Shown here one piece after another: positions 1 to 8,574 of a stretch of 64,000 nt of DNA. Source of the stretch: a virus. The position numbers were made by a program, and so were the translations under genes. Position 1 is the stretch's first letter, and every line of letters begins with the position of its first letter. The stretch covers positions 1-64,000 of IMG/VR virus record IMGVR_UViG_3300008108_000039. One strand, given 5' to 3'. The notes beneath the pieces were generated by a model. That model searched no databases. It saw only the letters and a program-made list of their open reading frames with translations, and was not told where the DNA came from.

Positions 1-356
1 AAATTTGCTTATTAGTTAATAGATGTTCTAATAGACTTTCTATAGCGTTAGTAGCAATTTCAGCAATTTCATCTGTATTAACATCAATATTGTCTAAAAC
101 AATTTTATTTCCATTATCTAAGTCAAAACAAGCAGAATCAAAATCAACTAACTCATTAGAATTTACTCTATCTACTATCTAATGCTCTGTCAATTACAGT
201 ATACAATTCATCTTTAAGTTCTTCAAATTGGGTTTCATTAAGAATTGATGTTTGAGTGTTTTCTTCAATGTCACTAATCATTTTAATAACTTGTTCTACA
301 CTATAGAATCCAGGAAGCTGTTGTTTCAGCAATTCAATTGTTTGATTTTTTGTCAT
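1..356 (-). pseudogene. hypothetical phage protein frameshifted by a 7-nt tandem duplication; runs off the window edge
   Basis: ORF 168..356 stops at TAG inside TAGATAG-TAGATAG (168-181); removing one copy restores an open frame (...ALDRVNSNELVDFDSACFDL...) to position 1. Confidence 0.7.
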
Positions 357-379
357 AACTTTAATTTTTATTTGAGATG

Positions 380-401
380 AATGTATAACCTTTATTTTGC
401 C
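380..401 (-). promoter_or_regulatory. phage promoter motif GKCAAAAT-N-TAYATT
   Basis: GGCAAAATAAAGGTTATACATT; same bipartite motif recurs about 10 times in intergenic gaps. Confidence 0.65.
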
Positions 402-408
402 TTTATAA

Positions 409-789
409 TTATATTAAATTATTTAACGTGTATTCAATAGCTGCTTCGTAGGCTTCTGTTGGTGAGTTGTACTCAAAGGAAGAGTATTCAAATTTTTCCT
501 GTTTTTCCATTGGGATTATTTCATACCTAAACTTCTTACCGACTGGCGTGGAGCTTATCCAAACACCATGCTTCTCATACAACCACCACTTTACTTCATC
601 AACGGTTGGGTAAACTTCGTTAAATATAGACCATTGGTTTTCTAAATCAGATTGTTTTATAGGCCTTATTTTTTCATAACTTTTATTTACAGCATTTTGT
701 ATCCTACAAATTGTACCTACTTCAAGATTTTGCTCAAATCCCTTTTCTTTTAGCAATTTAGCTATTGGATAGTTTACTGGTGTGTTCAT
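409..789 (-). CDS. hypothetical phage protein (AKLLKEKGF...YEEA family)
   Basis: 126-aa ORF in tightly packed minus-strand run. Confidence 0.75.
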   Translation of the reverse strand: MNTPVNYPIAKLLKEKGFEQNLEVGTICRIQNAVNKSYEKIRPIKQSDLENQWSIFNEVYPTVDEVKWWLYEKHGVWISSTPVGKKFRYEIIPMEKQEKFEYSSFEYNSPTEAYEAAIEYTLNNLI

Positions 790-1193
790 ACTTCAAATTT
801 TTTATATGTTTCTTCAAATGTGTCTGTTATTGATTCTTTGTCAGTTATAACACTACAACCATATTGCAAAGGGGAATCTTCAGACATATCTATATTTACA
901 GAATATTTAGTGCCAACACATTCTCTAATATATAAGTCATGGTCTTTTACTAAAGCGTAAGCTCTATTGGCAGCAGTTTCAAGTGCTTGTCTAACTACAT
1001 TAGCTGTGTATTCATTGAGCTGTTCAGGTGTGAAGAAATAGCCTTTTTGTTCATTTACCCACTCATCTATTCTTTCACCATTATTTGCATCAACTATTTC
1101 ATATTCTGGTCTTTCTTCACCACTATCGTACTTTTTCCAAAATTCTTCTGTAATTTCTACAGGTAAATAAACTGTTTGTTTAGTTGGTGTCAT
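786..1193 (-). CDS. hypothetical protein
   Basis: 135-aa ORF, 4-nt overlap with next gene. Confidence 0.75.
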   Translation of the reverse strand: MTPTKQTVYLPVEITEEFWKKYDSGEERPEYEIVDANNGERIDEWVNEQKGYFFTPEQLNEYTANVVRQALETAANRAYALVKDHDLYIRECVGTKYSVNIDMSEDSPLQYGCSVITDKESITDTFEETYKKFEV

Positions 1194-1196
1194 AAC

Positions 1197-1415
1197 TTAT
1201 CGTTTTTTTTCTTTTCTCATATCATTATAGTATGGTGCTTGATGTTTACCCACTTTATCTATTGCAGTAAATCCATTTAAAACTTTATCAGTTCTACCAT
1301 GAACACAATAACCACAACAAGGAATAGTATTACACATCACCTTATCTGATATATTAGAAGTCCAAGCATTGCAATAAATTGGCTTGTTTTCAATCTTTAT
1401 TTCTTCTTGTGTCAT
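1197..1415 (-). CDS. small Cys-rich hypothetical protein
   Basis: 72 aa, CxxxxCCxxC cluster, packed in operon. Confidence 0.6.
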   Translation of the reverse strand: MTQEEIKIENKPIYCNAWTSNISDKVMCNTIPCCGYCVHGRTDKVLNGFTAIDKVGKHQAPYYNDMRKEKKR

Positions 1416-1708
1416 ATATCAAGTTTTAAGTTTGAGATGTATTCTTGAATCACTTTTAACATTCTTTGCACTTGTAAATGATGTGCAGAATCATAAGGGT
1501 CATATCCTTCATCAATTAATTCCTGTAATGGTTTTATATTCCCAGGAATTAAAGGAGTTGATTGGGATAGAAGAATTCGTAAAACATTTAATTCATGTGT
1601 CCATAACATTTTTTGTTCGTTAGTTAAAGCATTATTAATGTCTTTTTCCAACCCTTCCATTCTTTTGAGAATAGCTGTCTCGTTGATTACTACATATTCG
1701 TTATTCAT
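1412..1708 (-). CDS. hypothetical protein
   Basis: 98-aa ORF, coupled overlaps. Confidence 0.7.
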   Translation of the reverse strand: MNNEYVVINETAILKRMEGLEKDINNALTNEQKMLWTHELNVLRILLSQSTPLIPGNIKPLQELIDEGYDPYDSAHHLQVQRMLKVIQEYISNLKLDI

Positions 1709-1829
1709 CGTATTCGTGTTTACATTTTGAACAATAATATCTGTGTGTGTAATTTGAGTAAAAGGTAATAACCTTTTTATGACTTCCCCAATGAAAGAAA
1801 TGACAGAACCATATCTTAAGTTTATTCAT
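1701..1829 (-). CDS. small Zn-finger-like protein (42 aa, not in ORF track)
   Basis: MNKLKIWFCHFFHWGSHKKVITFYSNYTHRYYCSKCKHEYDE; fills the gap exactly. Confidence 0.6.
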   Translation of the reverse strand: MNKLKIWFCHFFHWGSHKKVITFYSNYTHRYYCSKCKHEYDE

Positions 1830-1840
1830 AATACAATGTT

Positions 1841-2110
1841 TTATGTTGTTTTGATTTCGATTCTATGAACTTCATTTATTTCGTATTTCTTAAATAACAA
1901 ATCAACTTCTCTTTTAAAATAACCTTCAATTGTTATTTTACCTTGATGTATTTCAGGACAAACATATCTTTTTCCTAAAGTGTGCCTATAAATCCAATTC
2001 CAAGACTTTTTATCCCACCAATGTTTTCGTTTCCATTCATATAAAACAATCTGATAAACATTACCAATAAAATTATTAATAATTTCTACCTTGTATAATG
2101 GTTTATTCAT
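1841..2110 (-). CDS. hypothetical protein (likely start MNKPLY at 2110)
   Basis: internal ATG overlaps upstream stop like neighbouring genes. Confidence 0.65.
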   Translation of the reverse strand: MNKPLYKVEIINNFIGNVYQIVLYEWKRKHWWDKKSWNWIYRHTLGKRYVCPEIHQGKITIEGYFKREVDLLFKKYEINEVHRIEIKTT

Positions 2111-2666
2111 AATACAATATTTTAGGTCTTTGTTCTTTCCAAATTTGGATGAGTTCTTTTGTAACACGTCTTACATTTTTATAAATATACTCACCATGAA
2201 TTGATGTTGAGTTGGTATTTAAAGTTAACCATTCGGCAAACTCAGCCGTATCACTATCTGAATTAGGATGTGTTTCTTGGGATTTGTTGTAGCCCTCTAT
2301 AATACCATCTACATGCCAAATTATAGAATAGTCTCTATCTTTATTATTCTTATCTTTATACCAATTTAAAGAAACATTAGCTATTTCACAAGCCGTTTCT
2401 CCAATAATATCAACCTCATCCACCACTTTAGGAATATCAATGCTTGGGTTGTTAGTTGCTATTACTTTTTTCTGTAGTAATAAATCTATATCATTTAGTG
2501 TATCAATTTGCTCTAGTCCTATTGTAGCATCTACATATATTTCTATTACAATGTCACCTACTTGAACTTTGTCATCACTCACATAATAAGCCCTTCCATC
2601 TACAACTACCTTCTCGCAGATGTGCTCTTCACCTGTTGTCTTGTTGATTAATTTGTACTTATTCAT
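2103..2666 (-). CDS. hypothetical phage protein
   Basis: 187-aa ORF. Confidence 0.75.
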   Translation of the reverse strand: MNKYKLINKTTGEEHICEKVVVDGRAYYVSDDKVQVGDIVIEIYVDATIGLEQIDTLNDIDLLLQKKVIATNNPSIDIPKVVDEVDIIGETACEIANVSLNWYKDKNNKDRDYSIIWHVDGIIEGYNKSQETHPNSDSDTAEFAEWLTLNTNSTSIHGEYIYKNVRRVTKELIQIWKEQRPKILYYE

Positions 2667-2676
2667 AATGTTTTAT

Positions 2677-3129
2677 CTATGTTAATGATGACTTCCGTAA
2701 AATGATTATTTTGTACCAACCATAACCGTTTGATGTTTCAACTCCATAAGGAAATACATCTTTATCATATTTAACCTCACATCTATCAAAAGGAACTCCA
2801 CTTTCATTTGCATTATTAACAAACCATTCTAAGAACTCATCATCAATAGCTTGTACACCATCATTGATTAAGTCTTGGTCTGTTGTTAGGATGATTATAT
2901 CTTGTTTAGAAGAATATTGAGCACCTCCCGAATTGTAAGGCTCATTTAATACTTTGTCTAAATACCATTGGTCAACACCTTCTTTAATTTCTTCTTCTGA
3001 TGTGATGTAGATGTTTACATTGTTCCAAAGTTGTGGGTTATTCATTGAAGAAAACATTAACTCTTTTGTAATTCTTCTTTGAACTAGCCTACTTGGTTTA
3101 TCCGTTGGTAATACGTGTATGTTTTTCAT
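2677..3129 (-). CDS. hypothetical phage protein (MKNIHVLPTDKPSRL family)
   Basis: 150-aa ORF. Confidence 0.75.
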   Translation of the reverse strand: MKNIHVLPTDKPSRLVQRRITKELMFSSMNNPQLWNNVNIYITSEEEIKEGVDQWYLDKVLNEPYNSGGAQYSSKQDIIILTTDQDLINDGVQAIDDEFLEWFVNNANESGVPFDRCEVKYDKDVFPYGVETSNGYGWYKIIILRKSSLT

Positions 3130-3142
3130 ATTTTGTTTTTAA

Positions 3143-3936
3143 ATAATTAGCACCCTCTTATCTTATTAACGTGCATTTCAGTTCTACACTGTAGTCCCTT
3201 TTAATAAGAGTAGGGTCACGTAGTTAACTGTGGGTCTTTCGGGGTTTCTGTTAGTTCCAAAGAACCTGCAATGAACCAAACCCTTAGTCTTATCATTGCT
3301 TTACAGCTTCAACCATTAACTACTTGCTGAGAACTTGTTCGTGTATACTTCCAGTATATCTCTATACATCTGGTACACGCCTATCATCTCTGATAGGTTT
3401 TTGAAACTGTAAGAGCAAGACCCTCTGTTACTGGACTAATTGTAACCGCAGGATTTATACTTGACCTATTATGTGGTATTTCCAAAGCCCACCACTCACA
3501 GTTTCAGGGATTTCATTAACCCTCGTTGATAACGACGCTCGGTATTTCTCCAACTACGTGTCTTACTATTACTCCACAAATCACGTGGTAGTTTCTGTGT
3601 CGCTAATTATCAACTACATCCAGATTATGTATTATGCTGGATGATTTTTAAGTTTAACCCTGTCACTCCAAGAATGTGAATACCCGTGATGCTCCTTAGG
3701 TTCATCTTTGGTAAGGCTTTCAAGTATCTGTCCCCAAACAACTCCATCTTGGTAGGGATTCTAATACTCACATTGTTTCTGTAACTCTCTTGAGCACGTT
3801 ACCCATGCAAAGGTTTTTATCCTTTATATTGGCTTGTTAATTCCTACCCCAAGTGTCCAGGCTTTTGAGTCATTTAAAAGTTAACAACATTAAACATGTC
3901 TTAACTTACTTATTTATTTGCTTTCAGCAGGGTTAA
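3143..3936 (-). ncRNA. large (~800 nt) multi-domain structured RNA candidate, unassigned
   Basis: no ORF, raised GC, long-range helices 3143-3151/3602-3610, 3217-3225/3552-3560, 3402-3413/3495-3506, 3654-3662/3928-3936; GNRA-capped hairpins on minus strand; boxA-like motif just upstream. Confidence 0.7.
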
Positions 3937-3940
3937 TTAT

Positions 3941-3951
3941 TTTCAAAGAAC
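3941..3951 (-). promoter_or_regulatory. boxA-like antitermination element
   Basis: GTTCTTTGAAA directly 5' of the structured RNA; related GATCTTTGA at 21341, 25201, 26676. Confidence 0.55.
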
Positions 3952-4122
3952 TTATTTCTTCTTGTACATTGGATTTCCTTTTACTGAAGGATATCCTTTA
4001 TATAATGGTTTTGATGGTTTTACACCGCGAGTAAAATATTTTTTATCAGTTGTAGGACAAGATTGTTTACTACATGACATTAAAACAGAAATAATTACTA
4101 ATAACATTAATACTTTTTTCAT
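3952..4122 (-). CDS. small lipoprotein (56 aa, not in ORF track)
   Basis: MKKVLMLLVIISVLMSC: basic N-terminus, hydrophobic core, lipobox Cys. Confidence 0.7.
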   Translation of the reverse strand: MKKVLMLLVIISVLMSCSKQSCPTTDKKYFTRGVKPSKPLYKGYPSVKGNPMYKKK

Positions 4123-4140
4123 AACCTTTTATTTGAAATA

Positions 4141-4162
4141 AATGTACAACTTTTATTTTGCC
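4141..4162 (-). promoter_or_regulatory. phage promoter motif GKCAAAAT-N-TAYATT
   Basis: GGCAAAATAAAAGTTGTACATT. Confidence 0.65.
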
Positions 4163-4164
4163 TT

Positions 4165-5292
4165 TTAATTACTTAAAGGTGCTTTAATTGCAGGGTGTGA
4201 TTGATAGTTTCCTAACTGTATATCTTCTTCTAATAGACATCTTATAAAATCATCATTAGATAAGGCTGAAATAAATACACTTTTACTTAATGGTCCTATT
4301 CCGCATTCACCGCTTTCTGTTTGCCAAAATTCAGTGTTAATATTTAATGATGGTAATTCATAAGGTGTTCTTGTAACCTGTTCTTTAGCTTGTTCAATGT
4401 GGTTATTGTAAAGGTGTACGTCACCTAGGTTGCCAATCAATTCATCAGGTACCATATTAACTACTTTAGCTATAATTTCTAATAGTAGTCCATAAGATGC
4501 TATGTTGAATGGTAATCCAAGGAATGTATCTACTGAACGTTGATTCCACATTAGAGAGATTGCTCGTTTAGGAACGCCGTATTCGTCAAAATGAAATTGT
4601 TTGAAGTTAATACCACTTATATGTAGTTGTAAATCTCTACCACATACTTTTTTGTAAATTTCAAATCTTTCATCGTGACTCAACTCTCTCGTATAAACTT
4701 GAAATCCATAATGACAAGGTGGTAACACCATTTGGTCCAACTCACCTACATTCCACGCATTAACCATTAAACGTCTTGAATCAGGATTTGTTTTGAGTTC
4801 GTTGATTAGGTTTGCGATTTGGTCAATTGGTTGTTGCGATGATTTAGGGTCCCCGATAGTTTTAATTGGTTTTTTCCAACTTCTCCACTGCTTCCCATAC
4901 ACGGGTCCGAGTGACCCCCACGTCTTAGCAAACTCATCATCTGTTTTTATTTTGTTGATGAATTCACTCTTTAACATACCTCCTTCATCTTCAGAACTTA
5001 TTATTTTATTTTTAATACAGTAATTTTTCCAAGCATCTCCATCCCAAATATGACAATCATTATCCACTAAGAATTTAATATTTGTATCTCCACGTAAAAA
5101 CCATAGTAGTTCAGTTACTATACCTTTAAAGTACATTTTTTTAGTGGTTAATAGTGGAAATCCTTCACTCATCCTATGACGGATTTGTCTACCAAATACT
5201 GATAGTGTACTACCATTTCGAGTTTCCTTAACAACTCCGTTGTCAAGTCTGTCTTGGAGGAGTGATTGGTATTGACGGTCTATATTATTCAT
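4165..5292 (-). CDS. thyA: thymidylate synthase
   Basis: FPLLTTKK, ELLWFLRG, LGPVYGKQWR, MVLPPCH, QRSVD, GLPFNIASY, GDVHLYNNH motifs. Confidence 0.97.
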   Translation of the reverse strand: MNNIDRQYQSLLQDRLDNGVVKETRNGSTLSVFGRQIRHRMSEGFPLLTTKKMYFKGIVTELLWFLRGDTNIKFLVDNDCHIWDGDAWKNYCIKNKIISSEDEGGMLKSEFINKIKTDDEFAKTWGSLGPVYGKQWRSWKKPIKTIGDPKSSQQPIDQIANLINELKTNPDSRRLMVNAWNVGELDQMVLPPCHYGFQVYTRELSHDERFEIYKKVCGRDLQLHISGINFKQFHFDEYGVPKRAISLMWNQRSVDTFLGLPFNIASYGLLLEIIAKVVNMVPDELIGNLGDVHLYNNHIEQAKEQVTRTPYELPSLNINTEFWQTESGECGIGPLSKSVFISALSNDDFIRCLLEEDIQLGNYQSHPAIKAPLSN

Positions 5293-5485
5293 TTTCGTTT
5301 TGTTTTAATTCTTTAACTATTTCATTACTTATTCCCTTACAAAAATCTCTTTCAAGGATATTCTTTAGTGCTTGTTCAGCATCAACACCACATTCATTGG
5401 TTGCCATTTCAATACACTCATCATCTGATTTACTAGACCAAAAAGTTAAGTGTTTAAGTAAATCACTTGAGTTAATATTATTCAT
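5285..5485 (-). CDS. hypothetical protein (likely start MNNINS)
   Basis: internal ATG overlapping upstream stop. Confidence 0.55.
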   Translation of the reverse strand: MNNINSSDLLKHLTFWSSKSDDECIEMATNECGVDAEQALKNILERDFCKGISNEIVKELKQNENE

Positions 5486-5675
5486 GTTTTCTTTTAAATT
5501 CTTGATATATTTTTTCTTGTTGTTCTTTAGACATAAAGACGTAATCATTAAACGTTACGTCGTTCGTAATAAACTTAGCAAAATTTATTGCTTCTGATTT
5601 CATAAGATATTCAATTCTACTATTTTCAACCGATTGTTGAATATCAGGGTCATTTTGTATACTGTGTTTATTCAT
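5478..5675 (-). CDS. hypothetical protein
   Basis: 65-aa ORF in operon. Confidence 0.6.
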   Translation of the reverse strand: MNKHSIQNDPDIQQSVENSRIEYLMKSEAINFAKFITNDVTFNDYVFMSKEQQEKIYQEFKRKHE

Positions 5676-5698
5676 AAACTTCTATTGTTTCGTTGTTA

Positions 5699-5986
5699 TC
5701 ATAACCCCGACATGCCTGAAGAACTCTGAGTATTAACTGGTCTCCATTTGATGCCTGTTTCAGGTTCAACATAAAATCCTCCTTCTTCATCGAAGCCCGT
5801 TTCCCACTCACTAATTGGTTTTTTTCCGTTATCGTCAATCTCAAACCATTTTCCTTTTAATGAATATGCTGTATCTTTTACTTTTTCCCGTTCTTCGATG
5901 CAATGTAAACATTCTAACTCTTCTGATGAGTGTACACATACTACTCTTTCATGTAGAGGGTTCCATATCACATAAACTTTATCCAT
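5699..5986 (-). CDS. hypothetical protein
   Basis: 95-aa ORF. Confidence 0.65.
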   Translation of the reverse strand: MDKVYVIWNPLHERVVCVHSSEELECLHCIEEREKVKDTAYSLKGKWFEIDDNGKKPISEWETGFDEEGGFYVEPETGIKWRPVNTQSSSGMSGL

Positions 5987-6251
5987 AAACTTCTATTATT
6001 TTTACTGAGTCGTACATTAATGTAACAGTATCTTCATTTAGACCTAATGAAGGTCTACAATTTTTTAATAATACTAACTCACATATTCCTTTACATTCAA
6101 TATCTTCAACATAATCTGCTTTTGATAGATTATATGCTTTTTTCTGCCACTTATAGAAAAATTTTATATCCTCTTCATCAACAAGAGGTATGTCAAATCC
6201 ACAATTAAAAAATTTACCTTCAAACCATTTACCATTAATTTTTACTTTCAT
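5979..6251 (-). CDS. hypothetical protein
   Basis: 90-aa ORF. Confidence 0.65.
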   Translation of the reverse strand: MKVKINGKWFEGKFFNCGFDIPLVDEEDIKFFYKWQKKAYNLSKADYVEDIECKGICELVLLKNCRPSLGLNEDTVTLMYDSVKIIEVYG

Positions 6252-6253
6252 AA

Positions 6254-6850
6254 TTATGGTTTATAAATGACAACAGTAACCTCACAATCTTTTAGTTCTG
6301 TTTGAATAATTTGTTTAATTCTTTCCCAATCACCGCCTGCAAGTCCTGCTCCAATTTTTGGTAATCCAATATGTTTGCCTTTAAATATATGATTAATTTT
6401 TCTCATACATAATGTTAGTGCTTCGTAGTCGAGTGGTTTAGAAACACCATCAACATGATTTTTACCATAGTGATATTGTGTATATGAATTCACAACTATA
6501 ATATCTTTAACATCTGGTTGGCCTAGCGACTTCGAGTTCATTGGATATGCAACTCCGGGTTCTGTAACTGCTGGATGTTTAAACCAAAGATATTGATGTT
6601 GATAATCAATAGTACCAAGTTTATTAATATTGCCTTTATTACCAGTTTTAATTTCCCATTCACCCTCGTCATCATAATCCCAATAAGATTCTCTTTCCAT
6701 GTCAAACTTATCACATCCAAATGCTTTCGCCATCTGTGGAGCAATACCGGCGCCCATAGTACAAAAACAATTTACACCATGCGTTATTACATCAAACTTA
6801 CCTTGTTTTGCTAATATAATCAAATCGCCTTCTATTTCCCTATAATTCAT
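6254..6850 (-). CDS. macrodomain protein (ADP-ribose binding / ADP-ribosylhydrolase)
   Basis: GDL...HGVNCFCTMGAGIA and LPKIGAGLAGGDW macrodomain loops. Confidence 0.9.
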   Translation of the reverse strand: MNYREIEGDLIILAKQGKFDVITHGVNCFCTMGAGIAPQMAKAFGCDKFDMERESYWDYDDEGEWEIKTGNKGNINKLGTIDYQHQYLWFKHPAVTEPGVAYPMNSKSLGQPDVKDIIVVNSYTQYHYGKNHVDGVSKPLDYEALTLCMRKINHIFKGKHIGLPKIGAGLAGGDWERIKQIIQTELKDCEVTVVIYKP

Positions 6851-6868
6851 AACTCCATGTTTTTATTT

Positions 6869-7291
6869 TTAATCAATCACATCTATTAGATATTGACCGG
6901 ATTTCAATTTGACTTTATAACAACCTTCTTGACTTTCCATCTCTTTCATCCAAGAATCCCAATTGTTTTTGAGTAGTTCAACAAATGCATCGTTGTTTCC
7001 CCTGTCCTTGTATCTTTGGATATATTCGTCCTTTAATGAACTATCAGGATACACCAACACAAAATTAATTCCTCGAGCAACTAAAGCATCTCTAACATTT
7101 TTGTGTGATGAAACAAGAATCTTATCAACATCCGGGTCCTGAATATTTTTTTCAATGTGTTGAATGTAGTTTTCAGGAAATTTTCTCTTGTCAAATTTGG
7201 AACTATCACTATCCAACACCTTTTTACTTGTTGTGTTAAAATATGTTGTCTTTCCAACACCGGGAAATGCCGAATATACTTTTGTTTTCAT
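6869..7291 (-). CDS. P-loop nucleotide kinase-like protein
   Basis: N-terminal AFPGVGKT Walker A followed by LDSDSS. Confidence 0.7.
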   Translation of the reverse strand: MKTKVYSAFPGVGKTTYFNTTSKKVLDSDSSKFDKRKFPENYIQHIEKNIQDPDVDKILVSSHKNVRDALVARGINFVLVYPDSSLKDEYIQRYKDRGNNDAFVELLKNNWDSWMKEMESQEGCYKVKLKSGQYLIDVID

Positions 7292-7292
7292 A

Positions 7293-8204
7293 CTAAAAAA
7301 TATTTAGTTGTTTTAAATTAGTTTTTATCTGATTACCATAAGAATCTGATACATAATCACCTATAGTTCTAACTGAATCAGTAGAAAAAATACCATCAAA
7401 ACATTCATTAAGTTTATCAAACCCAGCACTAAATATGCCGTGTGTAATAATTAAATAAATTTTGCCATACTCATTAGGATGAACTACTGAACTTAACATT
7501 CTACTTTTCATAATTTCTTTTGCCAATTCAATAAATGTTCTTCCACCGTCACAAATATCATCAATAATAACAAAAGTTTTAATTGCATCGTAGACATTAA
7601 GTGGAATATAAGTACCTGTAATATTACCAGTTACTATATCACGGGTTTTATGTGCCGTTATAATATTACTAATATTAACTGATTTGGCAACGTCAGCGAT
7701 TTTTTTATAAGCACCAGCATCTGGTGAAACTAAACAGATATTATCTTTTGGTACACCGATTTGATTAATAGCCCATTCAACAAGAGTATGATTATTTATT
7801 TTTGTATAATTGTTAAGACATGCCTCTAAAACATCGCTATGAGGATCCATAACAACAACATTTGAAAAATTTTGACTATTAATAATAGGACAAATAACTT
7901 GTTTTAAATAATTAATACCACCTTCAACAAATTTTCTATCGCTTCTTGAACCAAGAAAATAAGGTACAAAAAGTTCTATTTTAAGTTGTTCATCCATATT
8001 TTTAAAAGCCTGATTAGCACAAATAATTAATTCTAAATCTGTAAAGGAATTTAACCTTGAAATGATTTGAATATTTCTAAATCCCCACATTCGTTCCACT
8101 GTGGAAACTATATCAACTGTTTGTTGACCATCTGGGAATTTAGATATTTTATATTTAATATCTGATTTACTACTATCTACTAAATTAAGTGTTAATGTAT
8201 GCAT
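7293..8204 (-). CDS. ribose-phosphate pyrophosphokinase-like protein (probable Adps, ADPR-PP synthetase of NARP1)
   Basis: FPDG, PY..SRSDR, DPHS, SPDAGA, IIDDICDGGRTF, THGIFS; next to Nampt-like gene. Confidence 0.88.
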   Translation of the reverse strand: MHTLTLNLVDSSKSDIKYKISKFPDGQQTVDIVSTVERMWGFRNIQIISRLNSFTDLELIICANQAFKNMDEQLKIELFVPYFLGSRSDRKFVEGGINYLKQVICPIINSQNFSNVVVMDPHSDVLEACLNNYTKINNHTLVEWAINQIGVPKDNICLVSPDAGAYKKIADVAKSVNISNIITAHKTRDIVTGNITGTYIPLNVYDAIKTFVIIDDICDGGRTFIELAKEIMKSRMLSSVVHPNEYGKIYLIITHGIFSAGFDKLNECFDGIFSTDSVRTIGDYVSDSYGNQIKTNLKQLNIF

Positions 8205-8243
8205 ATTTAATTATTTAATAAAAATTATTTGAGTTTAATAACA

Positions 8244-8486
8244 TTACCAATCTCCTCCAGCTCCACCACCACCAGTATCACCACCTCCAAAACCATCAAA
8301 ACTACTATTGTTTGATGAAAAGCTGTCACTTGATGAAGAACTATCAGAATCACTTAACATATTACCAATTAATGAACCAGCAATATCACCAAGCAATTCT
8401 GAATCAGTTACAGCTGACACTGCTGTTGATGTTAAAAATTCACTTACATTTTGTTTTGTTGTTTTTTTCTTACTAGGAGCGTTCAT
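8244..8486 (-). CDS. Ser/Gly-rich small protein (FDGFGGG..GGGGAGGDW tail)
   Basis: 80 aa, low-complexity C-terminus. Confidence 0.65.
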   Translation of the reverse strand: MNAPSKKKTTKQNVSEFLTSTAVSAVTDSELLGDIAGSLIGNMLSDSDSSSSSDSFSSNNSSFDGFGGGDTGGGGAGGDW

Positions 8487-8574
8487 ATTTTATTGTTTTA
8501 AACGGTTACGAATTTCAGTTAATGTTGTTTGATTGTAAAAAATACCATTGTTGTAAATTGTTTGCAACTCACCA

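Noticed and set aside
1820-2118. Repeated ATTGTATTATGAATAAAC at 1820 and 2101
   Set aside because: It coincides with gene starts (MNK) and is explained by shared translation-start context in an AT-rich genome.
3143-3936. RNase P RNA, tmRNA, or group I/II intron
   Set aside because: No GAGGAAAGUCC, no tRNA-like ends, no P/Q/R/S cores or domain V were found by eye, and no interrupted host gene flanks it.
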